Origin: Eledone cirrhosa
Lineage: Eukaryota
Length of the DNA stretch: 64,000 bases
NCBI GenBank assembly: GCA_964016885.1
Contig: OZ024742.1
Span: forward strand, 242,296,001 to 242,360,000
Direction: 5' to 3'
In this document: piece by piece, positions 51,306 through 64,000 of the stretch
How the letters are laid out: each line of letters starts with the position of its first letter
How positions within the stretch are numbered: position 1 is the stretch's first letter
Program-made: the position numbers and the translations under genes
The notes under the pieces: generated by a model
What the model was told of the DNA's origin: nothing
The model's database searches: none
Seen by the model: only the letters and a program-made list of their open reading frames with translations

Positions 51306-51559
51306 CAATCCATTTATAATATAATGAACACGTTTTATACAGGCACAAAATAATAATAACTTCATAGATTCCTACATTGCGTTAATATTTGAATTTATTC
51401 GGAGTTATGATTTTTATTTTATAATCAAATCAATAGTTCGTACTGTTTGCAAAGATTTTCATGACTCTCTCTTGCAATCCAATTCTATTGTTTATCATAT
51501 TCGGCAAGTCAGAGGGACTGTAGTTTATGTCGTCACAAATCTACTTGATATAGCTCTTG

Positions 51560-52191
51560 GATTGTTATCCTCTGATACATCTTAGCTTACGAGTGTTGGC
51601 TCCATCTAATTTTCTTTCTAATTTTTGAGGTAAGAGTTGATGCTGAGAAACCATACAATAGAACAGAGGTAACAGCTGCTTGAAAGAGGTTTCTTTCATG
51701 TTGTCTGGAAGTCTAGATTTTCACACGAGAGATAATTTGTAAAATTTGTGAAATTTTATTTTGTCAGAGTTAACATTGAGACCAATAATTTAGCTGAATG
51801 TTCAAAACTATGGAGCTTTGCGTATTAGATCGGATTAGCACTAAATCACCAGTGTAACCTGCATATATAATTTATTTGTGGGGGAAACATATTACTCTTG
51901 GTGGATGTAGTGTGAATATATTGTGAATTTTATGGGAACCTTTCAAACCTAATTAGAGGTATATTCGCACATAGTCTCAACATATTTGGTATACATATGA
52001 ATGTGCACCTTGAACATGATCTTATGTGCAGATACACACCACATCGTCTTACGAATAGAAATGGAAACTACATAGATGATGGATACATAAAAGGGAACGG
52101 ACTAATTTGCCTAAACACAAGATTTCAGAACAGGAACGGCAATCTCCTAACATATAATAATCCAACAGTAAAGGGATTAATAGTGTTGTAA
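51560..52191. pseudogene. RTE-like LINE fragments (RT C-terminus on minus, APE piece on plus)
   Basis: Minus: FQAAVTSVLLYGFS; plus: TNRNG....GLICLNTRFQNRNGNLLTY. Confidence 0.55.
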
Positions 52192-52356
52192 TCTCTAAAA
52201 CTTATAATTCGTGCTGTGGGTTCACTTCTGACATAAAATGATTATATTATAAAGGAAATATCTTAATGTAAGGTGTTTTTCCTGTCCCAGATTCTCGTAT
52301 ATATATTTTCATCCTTACCATTTTGATGTTATCAATCATTTCCAATTTTATAATTA

Positions 52357-52524
52357 CTGCATTTCCCGGCGTCGAAGACGCTACGTTTTTCCTAAAATAA
52401 GCCTAAAAAATCTACCATGCGTCTTGCAGGTCGAAGGTTGTTTATTATATTTATTAAAATTGTTGGTCGTCAAAATTAGGGTGCGTCCTCGAGTACGAAG
52501 CGTCTTCAGTGCCAGGAAATACGG
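52357..52524. mobile_element. Tc1/mariner-superfamily (pogo/Tc2-like) MITE
   Basis: TA-flanked TIRs ctgcatttcccggcgtcgaagacgc / gcgtcttcagtgccaggaaatacgg. Confidence 0.75.
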
Positions 52525-53832
52525 TAATTACTATTAAAAAAATAGGATAAGGAATTAGTATAACGGGGATTGAGCTATGGTTTCTTATTGAATGAAGAGA
52601 TTGAGTCCGGGGAATTGAAATTTAGATTCGGTAAAATTACAGCAACTTGATATGAATAAAACACTTTCTCTTACAATATTGATATAGCTACAACTCCTGA
52701 AGAATGCTATGTTTCAATTCAAATTTCTAAATCTTTTTCTATGTTTTCTGTCTCATTTGAAATATTGTGCTGCAGTAATTATTTCACATATGCGCTGCAA
52801 GTTTCGTTTCTATTATCAACGTGAGAGCATTTAAATATGTTACTGGAAAAAGCGATTGAATAAAGTGAAAAGTAGCAAAACATCTAATATAAAATAACCG
52901 TCAAATGGGAAAATTCAACTACTCGACTAAAAGATAACTAACCTGAACAAAAATAGACTTTGTAAGTATTAGGAGAATAATCAATTTAAATACTGTCTTG
53001 ATCTCTTGAATAGACTCGTTAAAACTGATTCGGTATTTAGAGGCGATAACACTTACTTAAACAGAGAAAGTAAAACCGTAGAAATAGTAAATATGTTGTT
53101 GGTTCCTCAACGCAGACTGGATGTGTCCTCAACCAATGCTAGTATAACTAAAGGTCGTAGACACACTGAGAAACAGTTATTGTCAGAATGTTGTCCCTCG
53201 TTAAGTTTCTTTCATATTGTGTTAAAACTGAAATATTATTTATAGAGATATCATGTTTGGTCTGGTGATAATGCGATTTATTAATAAAATCTATTTTAAT
53301 ATTACACATATTTTATTAATTATTGTAAAATGTTATTTATTTATCATTTATTTATTCATATACATTATTTCATTGTTTGTCTCCGGGAAAATAGAATAGG
53401 TTTATTAGCTTTATGAATTTGATCTCGATACTAATGTTTTTAAAAACAACTGAGTATATGATTAGCCCCCTCTGGAAGGCAATTTGTCACGTCATACGCA
53501 AGCTTTATCTCGTCTATAATTCATTTAACATATATGACATGCAGATATATGTAGCATTCCCCAATTGGTGCAATTTTGAATTTGTTTAAATATCTATAAC
53601 TTTAAAATATAGCTGCTAGAAAATCTATACGAAAGTTGTAGTTGTATGATCACAGCTTACGCTGAAACACTAAAAGCTTTAATAGTCTTAAAATATCAAA
53701 TTTTCGTGGTACCGTACATGAAATATGCAATACTGAATTGTAACAGATTTTTGATTTTCATATTATGACTTACGTTGAAGATTAATACATTATTTCTCCA
53801 CCTGAATAGAAAGAAAAGAAGAACAGAAGAAC

Positions 53833-53880
<48 letters not shown>

Positions 53881-54261
53881 TATAAATTATATCCTTAGAA
53901 TCACTTGATAAGATATATACTCAATTTCCTCTCCCAATTAGCATAATTAACCACACAAAACACCAATTAAACCAGGCTATAAGATTAAAAGGCACCTGTG
54001 AAGAAATAATAGATAAATAAACGATAGCAACCTATTCGCGATCAACAGCCATAGAATATTTAGCCAGCATTTCAATAGCACGTGGAAATCGATTAAGTAT
54101 ATCGTCAACCATACACAATTAGGTATAAAATTAAAGTTAGAAGAAAAAATGCATATACACATACCAGGATTACATTTCTACCCTTTCGTTCGCTTTCGGA
54201 AATATCCTATCAAAGATAAATTCTTTCGGAAATATCCTATCAAGGATAAATATATATATAT

Positions 54262-54460
54262 ATATACAATATAGAAATGGTTTCTACAGGACTAGAACTG
54301 TTTCATTCGAAGGAAATCATAAATTCTAGTCAAGTAGAAGCCCTTTCTATATTTAATTTTTGTATATACTCTACTAATGTATTGAGAACCTTACTTACTG
54401 TGGTTACCCCCAAATGATCCCAGGACTATATATATATATATATATATAGTCCTGGGATAT
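54262..54460. repeat. Two fold-back palindromes upstream of the PLE relic
   Basis: aatatagaaatggtttctacaggactagaa / ttctagtcaagtagaagccctttctatatt enclosing a decayed minus-strand HHR-like core; atcccaggac(TA)n gtcctgggat. Confidence 0.55.
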
Positions 54461-54559
54461 ATATAAAGAATTCCAAGCTGGAAAGCCACGACAATGCAGG
54501 TTTGGACGGAGAAAAATCAAAACGTAAGAAACAGGGTTTGTGTTTTTACCTGAATCTTT

Positions 54560-55942
54560 TCAACGTCTCAAGCCTAGAAGGACCTCTATATATAATTTCC
54601 TGGCTCCTCACCCAGATCCTTAAGCCTATATCTTCACCTTCCCCGAGCATGTCAGTGGCTCCGATGAATTTATATAAAGATTCCACCAACTCCAACCAGA
54701 CCAACTTAGACTCAATAGGTACGCCTTTAGCCTCGACGTTGTCTCCCTCTACACTACAGTCCCCGCTCACCTAGCTGTCAACTTATTGACTGACTGCATA
54801 ATCTCCAAAAACATTTACTGCTCCGGCCTTCACCCGGCAGACATACACCAGCTTCTAGCTGTCTCGGTGGTTAATACTTACTTCACCTTCCACCACTGCA
54901 CATACAAACAGACAACAGGACTACCTATGGGATCCAGCCAATCGAGCGTGCTAGCAAGCACTTATAAGAAGCAGGTGGAAAGTTGGGCCTTCAACACCTA
55001 CTACTCCCCTGCCTTCTTCACCCGATATGAAGATGACATACTCATCTTTACACCATACCGTGAAGAAGCAGACAAAATATACACAGCATTCTCCAGCATG
55101 GACGTTAACATAAGGTTCAGCATGGAACACCCTCATGACACTGGATCCCTCTCCCTGCTAGACTTCCGACTCAAAGTAACGGAACAAGGCGGCATCCACA
55201 CCAGCTTCTACAGAGAAGCCGCTAGCAGAGATCTGTTCGTCCGTTTAAACTCGGCCCTACCCCTTGGTGACAAGTCAGGATACATAAGGAATGAACTGAA
55301 ACGTATCCGGAATAAATGCAGCACCACAAGAGACCGAGACACGCACACCCTACACTTCTTGGAGGTGCTTAAGCTAAACGGTTACCCAACATTCACTGTG
55401 AATCACGTTAGAAATAGGAAACACCTCATTTGAAGCACGAACTCCACCATCACATGCTTCCTGAAGATCCCACATTTCAGTGATGACACAACAGCCATCC
55501 ACAGGGCCATCCGAAAAGAAGGACTAGACTTACAACTAGCTCACTCAGGACCCTCACTATGCAGACAACTATCTAGGAGACAACCTAGAGAATACAACAG
55601 ACGCAGAACGCTGGATATCTGCCCCACCGATAACACAAACATATGTCATCAAGTATATGTCTTGTACAGATTCCAGTGTGATAAATGCGACAACTTCTAC
55701 ATAGGTAGCACCACCAGACACCTACACATCAGGATTAAAGAACACATTAACACTAACGCTTCCTCATTCAAGAAACACTTAAAGAAATGCAAAAACACCA
55801 CACAAAAAATATAACAGGTAAGGTTGAAACAAAAGAAAGAAACCTCAGCAATCTCAGAATTATGGAAGCATTAATCATAGCCAAAACACACCCGCAAATC
55901 AATAATAGACTAGAACTAAGGCTACTGGAGTCTACATATTAG
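54560..55942 (+). pseudogene. 5'-truncated Penelope-like element, Naiad-like RT plus C-terminal GIY-YIG endonuclease
   Basis: ISWLLTQILKP, FSLDVVSLYTTVP, GLPMGS, RYEDD, LSLLDF; after an in-frame TGA (55431) FLKIPHFSD...VLYRFQCDKCDNFYIGSTTRHLHIRIKEH; after a frameshift LRIMEALII...PQINNRLEL. Confidence 0.88.
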
Positions 55943-56194
55943 GGCAGATATATGCCCGCTTACGACCACATTAGCCATCTGGGAAAAATAATGTATATGC
56001 ATTCATGTGTTTACACGATTCCACCCACGCGTGTTTGCATATTTGTGTGCGTGCTTACACACACACATGTATGCATGCACGTGTGTTTTAGAGCGTAATA
56101 ATTTATATGCGTCTAAAGGGAAACGACACTCTGCCCCTTTGACCTGTCCAGACCTTAAATTTAACACAAAAGAGGTTAGAAAAAAAATAAATGA

Positions 56195-56490
56195 TAAATA
56201 ATAAAATCCCTTCCGGCCAGCAAACCACATCGGACACTGAAATAGCTCCTTTATTTTCCTCGGAAGAAGAGATATTAATCTCGAAATATCAGGACTTATG
56301 AATAAATTAAGGTAAAAAAATTAAATCTCTCTCATTTTTCTCTTTCTCACTTTCTATCGTTTTCTGGAAGAAATCTGCTGTACTCAGGCCTAGAAAGGGA
56401 TGGGCTCCACCAAGCTTAAAATGCCCAACAAACGCCATATGTCAATACGGCGCCCCTACGACTCTATCAAAAGTTACGGAACCAGTCATA
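56195..56490 (+). mobile_element. pLTR-like repeat with a mutated minimal HHR
   Basis: tcct-CGGAAGA-agagat.atta.atctc-GAAA-ta-TC-agga at 56257-56294; homologous to 11960-12105(-). Confidence 0.65.
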
Positions 56491-58439
56491 CATAATATAT
56501 ATATGTGAAGAGATACTTTATTACCTTGTGTGTAATCGACAAACGTTTATGAGATGTTTCTTATGTTACATTTGTTAGCCTAGCTAATACTGTTTTCTAT
56601 ACTTCAACCTACAAAAGGAGTGATAGTTTTTTTTAGGCTGTAGTGTGTATATTTGCAGCTTTCTATTGACTATAAATAACATGCTTTATAAAATTTCGGT
56701 TGTAAATTATTGAAAGTGTACCGATAGCTATTAGCAGTTTGTTATTTTTTAGATAGCTACTGGGCAAATGATCTATTGTTGAAAGAGTCTCTATGCATAT
56801 TAGAAGAGTCTTGGTGTCTGCGGTTTTGATTCAGCTGCTGATATCATTGTCTAAGAGAGCTTTCACTCCATCAAACTCAATGGAAAGTTGAACGCATATT
56901 TCGATTAAAGGTATGAATCTCCATGATGCTTAACTATAGCATATAAACAAACATATGCCACATTTGAATAAGAAACATAATTCGTTTTATTCACAAATAT
57001 AGTTAAATACCTACAATCAATCAATCCTATGTAAATTGTATTGTAAACTTATATTCATTTTAATGTACATTATGTTAGGGCAGAAATGAGTTTCAATCAG
57101 TTTGATTTTCTTTGGTTCACAGATATTTAAGTACGTTGGAATGATTGTTATTTGATGATTGCGGTGCTACATTGGTCTGTATGGCAGTAATAGTATTTGT
57201 AACTGCATGCCCGCTAGAAGTGTTTGGGTATGTTGCATTTCTGTTAATTATTTTTATTTCTGGATCTAGGTTGGCCTTCCTTGAAAATGTTTTGGAATAT
57301 TTCTGAATGATACTAAATCTCGCAATTTGGTCTTTCTAGGAAACAAAGATTGACAGTCATTCTATATAAAATTAGGTTTAGAGAGAACGTAGCCTGAAGG
57401 TATTGGCCTACATTCCCTCTTTTTCTCATATATATTTTCAACTATTTTTTTTTTTTTTTTTTTATTATTGTATCTTTTAATGCTCAGTAATTTTGTGTAA
57501 AAAAAATCAAATTTTCAATTTGTAATCTACCTTGTTATGTTGGCTTGAAAGAACTATAAAAATACATTGGGGCACTGCTGTTCTCTTTCTCCTCTCCCAC
57601 ACACAAATGGACGCACAAACACACACGCACACCCACATACACTCACACAACAACCATGTATACACACATACAATTATATACATTTGCTTGCTCGTCGTCT
57701 AACATATGTTTTCTGTCTAATTAATATCGTTCTTCATGTTTTAAGAATCTTTATATATTGTCAACAGGCGACGAAATTACATGATCGTTAGAACGACGTC
57801 GTATATAATGCTTTACGGTATTTCTGCTGGCCTTCTCTGTTCAAATTCTGCCGAGGTCAACTTTACCTTTCATCCTTTCCAACTCGTTCCAATACTGGGG
57901 TCTATTATTTCTCACTATCGCTCCTTCTCTGAGAGAAATCAGATGTCTTCAGATCTGGAGAGACGATAGGTTCTACCAGGCTTAAAGTAGACAAGTTATG
58001 TAGTCACGACGGTGGTCCTACGACTTCAGCAAGAATTATGCGTCTATACAAACAGACAAATATTGTATTTTCTATATAGCGTTTATTTCGTGTTTATAGA
58101 GTGAAACAAATTAACTTCTAGGCATTTTTCAGTAATATTCACCGAGAGAATTATATCTAATCATGTCGTTCTATTTATATATTCCTGAGATCACACTGAT
58201 TATGCAAAAGCGAAATAAATAGAAGCAACAAGAAAAGAATCGGGGTGGTTATACCGTCCGACAAAGTTAGCAATCTTACGTATCTAATGCTATCTAAGGG
58301 TAGGTAAATGGCAAGATCCCAGACCCCTCCACAGTATATGACCACTAGGTTTTTTTTCGTATGGAATATATCATAATTAGAAATGTACATTTTGCAAAAC
58401 TAATTATGAAGTATTAACAATGCAAAAACTATGAGAATT

Positions 58440-58680
58440 GTATGAATACATGATCGGAAACAAAATTTAATCCGTTTAGACACTTAATTAGAAAAAAGAC
58501 TGGATTCTCGAGACTTGATAGAAGGAAATATTAATAGAAACGAAGGAAGACAGAAAATAAAAAATATCCAACTGGATAGATTTAAATTACAGTTAACATA
58601 TTAGAACAGCAACAGAAAGACTGGTAATCCAAGGTTTTTCAAATTGATGAGAGCAGATGATATAAAATAGTAATGATGGT
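58440..58680 (+). pseudogene. Decayed RTE-like LINE 3' end
   Basis: LIEGNINRNEGRQKIK resembles the RTE C-terminal EGKIEGKR.RGR motif. Confidence 0.35.
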
Positions 58681-59013
58681 GTACATAACTTCACACAACA
58701 GATAAGTTTAAGATAAAAAAGTCATTTCAAATTAATATACGTGGTTATACGTGGTTATAGAAATAAATACTTTAGAAACCACATCGCACAGCGATATATT
58801 TCCATGTTGTAACACTTAAAACAAAGAAACTAATTAACGTATCAATTAAAAAACGTATAAAACCAAATCACAAAATACACATTACAATAAATATGTGTAT
58901 TTTATACCTAGACCTAAGCTTAATGTACATATCTTATATCTAGCATCAGTGGGGCACTAATGGACGTTGAATATTTTGTGATTTAGTTTTATATGTATCA
59001 TTGTTGGTATTAT

Positions 59014-59048
<35 letters not shown>

Positions 59049-59336
59049 ATCGACATTCAATTGAGAATATCCCAGACCTCATTCCCTTAACGAGAAATAA
59101 AGTGTCTTGCTCAAGGACATAACGCATCACCCATTCTGGGAATCGAAGTCACAAACTCATGATTGCGAATCCAATTCTCTAACCACTCAGCCACACGCCT
59201 TCACACACACACACACACACACATACACACACAATACATATATATATATAATAGTTGATAAATGAAACAAAGGAAACACAGGGATGTAACAATACATAGT
59301 CATATTAGCTCCATGCTTAGAGGAAGCGGGGGAAGG

Positions 59337-59370
59337 TTCTATATTTCGGACGGAAGTCCTTCATCAGGAA
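59337..59370 (-). ncRNA. Intact ultra-minimal type I hammerhead
   Basis: ttc-CTGATGA-a-ggac-ttcc-gtcc-GAAA-ta-TA-gaa; lies in a short element (~59250-59465) ending at (TA)n. Confidence 0.75.
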
Positions 59371-59467
59371 AGTCCGGATAATGAGAGAACAGGTAGGTAC
59401 ATGAAGGTAGTATGTGAAAGTTAGGAAAAGAGTGATGATATGTTGAGGGGGTAGGTGAGAGGTCCGA

Positions 59468-61225
59468 ATAATAATGTGTTCTTATATAGGCACAAGGCCA
59501 GCAATTTAGAGGGAGGAGAAAGTCGATTAAATCGACGCCAGTGCGTGACTGGTACTTTATTTTATCGACCCCGCAAGGATGAAAGGCAAAGTCAACCTCG
59601 ACGAGATTTGAACTCGTCCGAATAATAATTGTTTCTACTATAGGCACAAGGCCAGCTATTATCCAGTGCATTACTGGTACTTTATTTTATCGACCCCGTA
59701 AGGATGACAGACAAAGTTAACCTCGGTGGGATTTGAACTCGTCCGAATAATAATGCGAACATCAACTATAAGAAATTTACTAATAGCAAGATATTTGCAA
59801 CATCTAACTGTTGTCGTTTGTGTCATCAGACGAAAAGAGTCAAAGGGATACGAAACAATTCGAGAATCCTACAGTCTCTTAATGGCTATATAATCAGTTT
59901 AAATAATTCTACGTTAGTTCGAACCGCTGAAATTGATGTAATAATTTAAGCTCAACTTACAGGCATGAGCGTTATAATAATATTTCAAATAGAGTTTCGT
60001 CGATATATCAGAAAATATTTATTTGTACACAGTTTCTTAAAAGAGAACTAAATGGATATGAAGAAATAATGATTTTTAGTATAGGCACAAGGCCAGTAAT
60101 TTAGGGGGAGGGGAAAGTCGATTAAAAATTGAGCCCCAGTACATTGCTGGTACTTTATTTTATCGACGCTGTAAGGATGAAAGGCAAAGTTAACCTCGGC
60201 GTGATTTGAAAGCAGACCGTAAATGGCCGTAACTCTATGCTGCAAAGCATGGTGTCCGACCCTCTACCGATACTGCCAATCCACCGCCCTGATATGAAGA
60301 AATAATAATTTTCATAGTAAGCTTTATATGAAATTATTTAAAAAGAACAGTAAAAAAGGGAGGCAAAATAACACCCATTCCTAGATGAAACCCTAGAATG
60401 TTCAATTGTCTAGATATTTTTTCAGTGTTCCTATGCAGATTTGAACATAAGAAATCAATCTCTGACGACTTTTCTCATTTTTTTTTCTCAGTTGATATCA
60501 ACAACGACAGTAGTTGTCTTTGCCGCTATTCGTGAGTAGAAACTATCGTTTCTACTTTAGGCACAAGGCCAGCAAATTTTGGGAGAGGAAAGATGATTAA
60601 ATCGATTCCAGTGCATTACTGGTGACTTATTTTGAACTCAGAATGTAAAGGGCCATAACTCTATGCTGCAAAGCATGGTGTCATCTGCCGGGTTTAAAGA
60701 AAATAATTGTTTCTATTTTTGGCACAAGGCCGGCAATTATTCCAATGCATTACTGGTACTTTATTTTATCGATCCCGTAAAGATGAAAAGCAAAGTTAAC
60801 CTCGGCAGGATTTGAACTCAGGCGGTAAAGGGACGTAATTCTATGCTGCAAAGCATGGTGTCTAACCCTCTACTGATACTGCCAATCCACCACCCTTACT
60901 GATACTGTCAATCCAATATGAGTATGTATTAAATTTGTATGCGTATGACTATGTCTCTATTTTAGTGTTACAAAGTAAAATTATAAAGAGACACTAGAAA
61001 TGTTTGTTTCTTCAGATTTCCTCCCCTACGTATAATAATTGTTTCTACTTTTGGCACAAAGCCAGCAAATACCCAGTACATTACTGGTACTTTATTTCAT
61101 CGACCCCGCAAGGATGAAAGGCAAAGTTATCCTCGGCGGGATTTGAACTCAGATAGCAAAGGGGCGTAACTATGCTGGAAAGCATGGCGTCCGACTCTCT
61201 ATCTATACTGCCAATCGACCGCCCT
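59468..61225 (-). mobile_element. Six OK-like SINE copies or fragments
   Basis: ~59468-59615, 59622-59740, 60068-60289, 60547-60682, 60702-60895, 61033-61225; TSDs gatatgaagaaataat and ccctacgtataat. Confidence 0.85.
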
Positions 61226-61533
61226 CCCTACGTATAATATAACAAGCTAATCACTGCGTTTGTAGTTATTGTTCTTTCCCGATGAGGCGTACAAAAACTA
61301 TGTCGCGAGTAGAAACACATGGTCTGTCTACAATGCATATAATAATATATATATATCCATTTGAAAACGTATAACTATGTTTCTATTTTCAAATGTTTAT
61401 TCATTGGTAGTTATTACATCTTATATATCTTTACTCGCTAAGTGAATATTTCTTTATATTTATGGAGAGTTCATTGTTATTAAACTTTGCACAAAGAAAT
61501 ATTTCCAGTTCTATCTACGTGGTGCTATTTCAC

Positions 61534-61602
<69 letters not shown>

Positions 61603-61611
61603 TTTAAAGTC

Positions 61612-61860
61612 TAAAGTCATTTGACCGGTGCTTATTCCGGTGTCATGGCGTTAAGTGACTGAGATTACAAGACTCCCCTCTGGACAGGACGCTATTCCAT
61701 TGCAGGGTAAACCCCCAGCTATTGCTGGTACTCATTTTCAGCTGAGTATACTGGAGCACCCTGAAATGAAGTGTTTTGTTCAAGAACACAACACGCAACC
61801 AAGGAGTAGAACCCACGGCATTATGATCGTAAGTCCAACACCCTAGGCCACGTATTCCAC
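61612..61860 (-). mobile_element. CORE-type (OR-like) SINE
   Basis: Homologous to 29935-30190, including the aaagtctaaagtc tail. Confidence 0.8.
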
Positions 61861-62023
61861 ACATATATAGGGAGTGTACACACATATACAAACACACACT
61901 ATCACATACACACATATTTATATATAAGAGATGTCAACATGAATGGACCTGTTATTTTTATCTAAAGACATTTTTTCCAATTCCAACCCGCGCGTCCCTT
62001 CAATCTATCTTATTTCTCATTCT

Positions 62024-62060
62024 GTCTTCTAATGAAGGACAGCGTCCGAAACGTTAAGAC
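62024..62060 (+). ncRNA. Minimal hammerhead relic (G5>A)
   Basis: gtctt-CTAATGA-a-ggac-agc-gtcc-GAAA-cg-TT-aagac within a TA-flanked ~230 bp element. Confidence 0.6.
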
Positions 62061-62186
62061 CCTCTTCCTGCTATTTCAAGCGTTAACCTCATATATTCCT
62101 TCCATATACTGTACCGATTGTGTTGTTATTTCTGTTTACCTTTTACATACATATATATTTACATATACATATAATATATATACATT

Positions 62187-62218
<32 letters not shown>

Positions 62219-64000
62219 AGAAAAAGAGAGAGGTTTTGTGCTGATATACTTCTAATTAATTGCGCATCTCAATAGAATACCTAGATAAATACATACGCGT
62301 GCATATACAAAACCGTATACGCTACGCTTATGTGACGAGATGTATGTATAAATATGCTGAAATTAAACTCGTCCTCATTTAGTTAGCATTCCCATCCCCA
62401 TCTTCCCACTTTTTCATCAACTTCTTCCTCCGCATCATCATCATCACCATCACCATCACCATCACCAGCCTTTCTTTGCCTTCTATCAATTTTTTTTAAA
62501 TATTATTGCTGAGAATAGTACTAGTGTTCGTGCATTATATTTAAATTTAACCTTTACTCTTCGTGAAACATATTTAAAGAAAAATAACGTAAACATTGTA
62601 TGATTGTTCGTTTTAATATTTTCATATACCTACAATAGTGTACCACTATACTCACCCCTTTATGCCAGTATGCTTAGTATCTCACAGTGGAGTGACATAG
62701 AATATTACAGCTCCTGCATTTGTTTTTCTTTGTTATTTTGGCAGAAATTTCTGTTATTCATAAAGGTCAGATTAGACCACATATACCCATGATTTGTTTC
62801 TTTTCAATAAGTAATATATAGAAAAACCTTACAGCCATATATTTTATTGATAATATTCTTTCATTGAAAATGAATATGCTGAACAAACAAACAAGACTTA
62901 TTACATAAGAGAAATGTCTACAAAAGCAATGGCTCAATTCTTTATAATGTTTCCGTCTGTATTTCATGCAACCTTTTACTTACGAAGCAAATTTTGTAAA
63001 TTGTGATATAGAATGAATGTTTTATCTTATGATTTTCATATTAGAGAAGTGTATTGAAACGCTTTTAGTCTACATTTACTGGTGTCAGTCATTTGACTTC
63101 TATATTTTTTATGTCGATGCTATCTATATTTAACTGATATTTATAATATCGTTCTAGTATGATATGAATTTCAAAGCGAACACCCTCAAATTTGGACATT
63201 AATGACGTATGGTATTATAAACAAATGTAATAGGACTCGTTCCACGATGGTAGAGTGAAACAAAACACTACCTCACATTGATTCACTCTTTTTTGCAGAA
63301 GATGAAAGAATATGCAGTCTAATTTTTACAAGCACTTCTTGAAAGAAGAAATAATCCTAAGGCAACAACAGCATATTAATCGATTCAACGACGGCTTTAG
63401 CAACTCCAGACCTGTCATTCAGGATCTAGTTTCCCGTGCTGGATTTCTGGATGAAATTTACCACTCTCTTTCATAAAACATAATAGTTCTTCTTCACATT
63501 AACATCCTGCGTAAGACAGATTCTTACCAGGCACACATCTGTTGGCATAGACGTGCACCATAGTCCTAATCTATCTCAATGTTGCCTATTCTTGTCACCT
63601 AATAGTAATCAGTTTGGACTATATCATGTTATTATTAGAAGGGTTCAATACCGTGACCACGTCGTAGTCTAGGGACATTTCGTATTATTATAATCAAATC
63701 TTCCCCCTCCCCTACCCAATAAAGCACTTCATATTCCAATTAGACTTGGCTACATGCTAGATATCATCATCGTAGTGTTCTTATCAAGTATCCGAGAATC
63801 AGTCCTAAACCTCTTATTTGCAGAATTACTTCAAGGTATTTATAGTCTAACCTGTCAATTTTTTTAGATTCATTCAAATAGAATGTAGCCATAATTATAC
63901 AGAATCTCTTTTCTCTCTTCATTAGTGCATATAATGTAAAACGCAAGTTGTTCTAGAATACTTAGTCCGATGAGTAACGCGAACGTTTTAGCGAGTAATC

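Noticed and set aside
55431-55433. In-frame TGA in the Naiad-like ORF as selenocysteine
   Set aside because: Some Naiads encode selenoproteins, but this TGA lies in a basic linker rather than a Cys position, the copy has other disabling lesions, and I found no SECIS; CGA>TGA decay is simpler. A family consensus would settle it
61279-61325. ccgatga...gaaac...gtc as a hammerhead; similar ccgatga at 63967
   Set aside because: The core is mutated and no convincing stem I or III pairing is present; the second is cut by the window end

Overview
AT-rich, microsatellite-dense eukaryotic intergenic or intronic DNA. No host protein-coding gene can be confidently called. The SINE families resemble octopus OK/OR-type tRNA-derived SINEs, so an octopod cephalopod origin is inferred, not proven. 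The window is almost entirely mobile DNA: a near full-length decayed Tx1-clade LINE sitting in a (GATA)n array, an Hsmar2-like mariner, Penelope-like element (PLE) relics (one Naiad-like, one other RT+GIY-YIG type), CRE-like, R4-like and RTE-like fragments, non-autonomous Helitrons, hAT and Tc1/mariner MITEs, and about 30 SINE copies. Two signals are not explained by the ORF track. (1) About 20 intact, mutated or half type I hammerhead ribozyme (HHR) motifs from roughly ten unrelated short non-coding families, mostly flanked by (TA)n. Many are fold-back palindromes whose turn lies inside the ribozyme, and some are tandem 420-543 nt units. (2) A 170-205 nt rod-like RNA structure with a conserved Y-shaped head and covarying stems, present as tandem pairs in two divergent members of one HHR-terminated family (about 9.3-9.8 kb and 41.8-42.3 kb). 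All structures and alignments were read by eye, and element boundaries are approximate.
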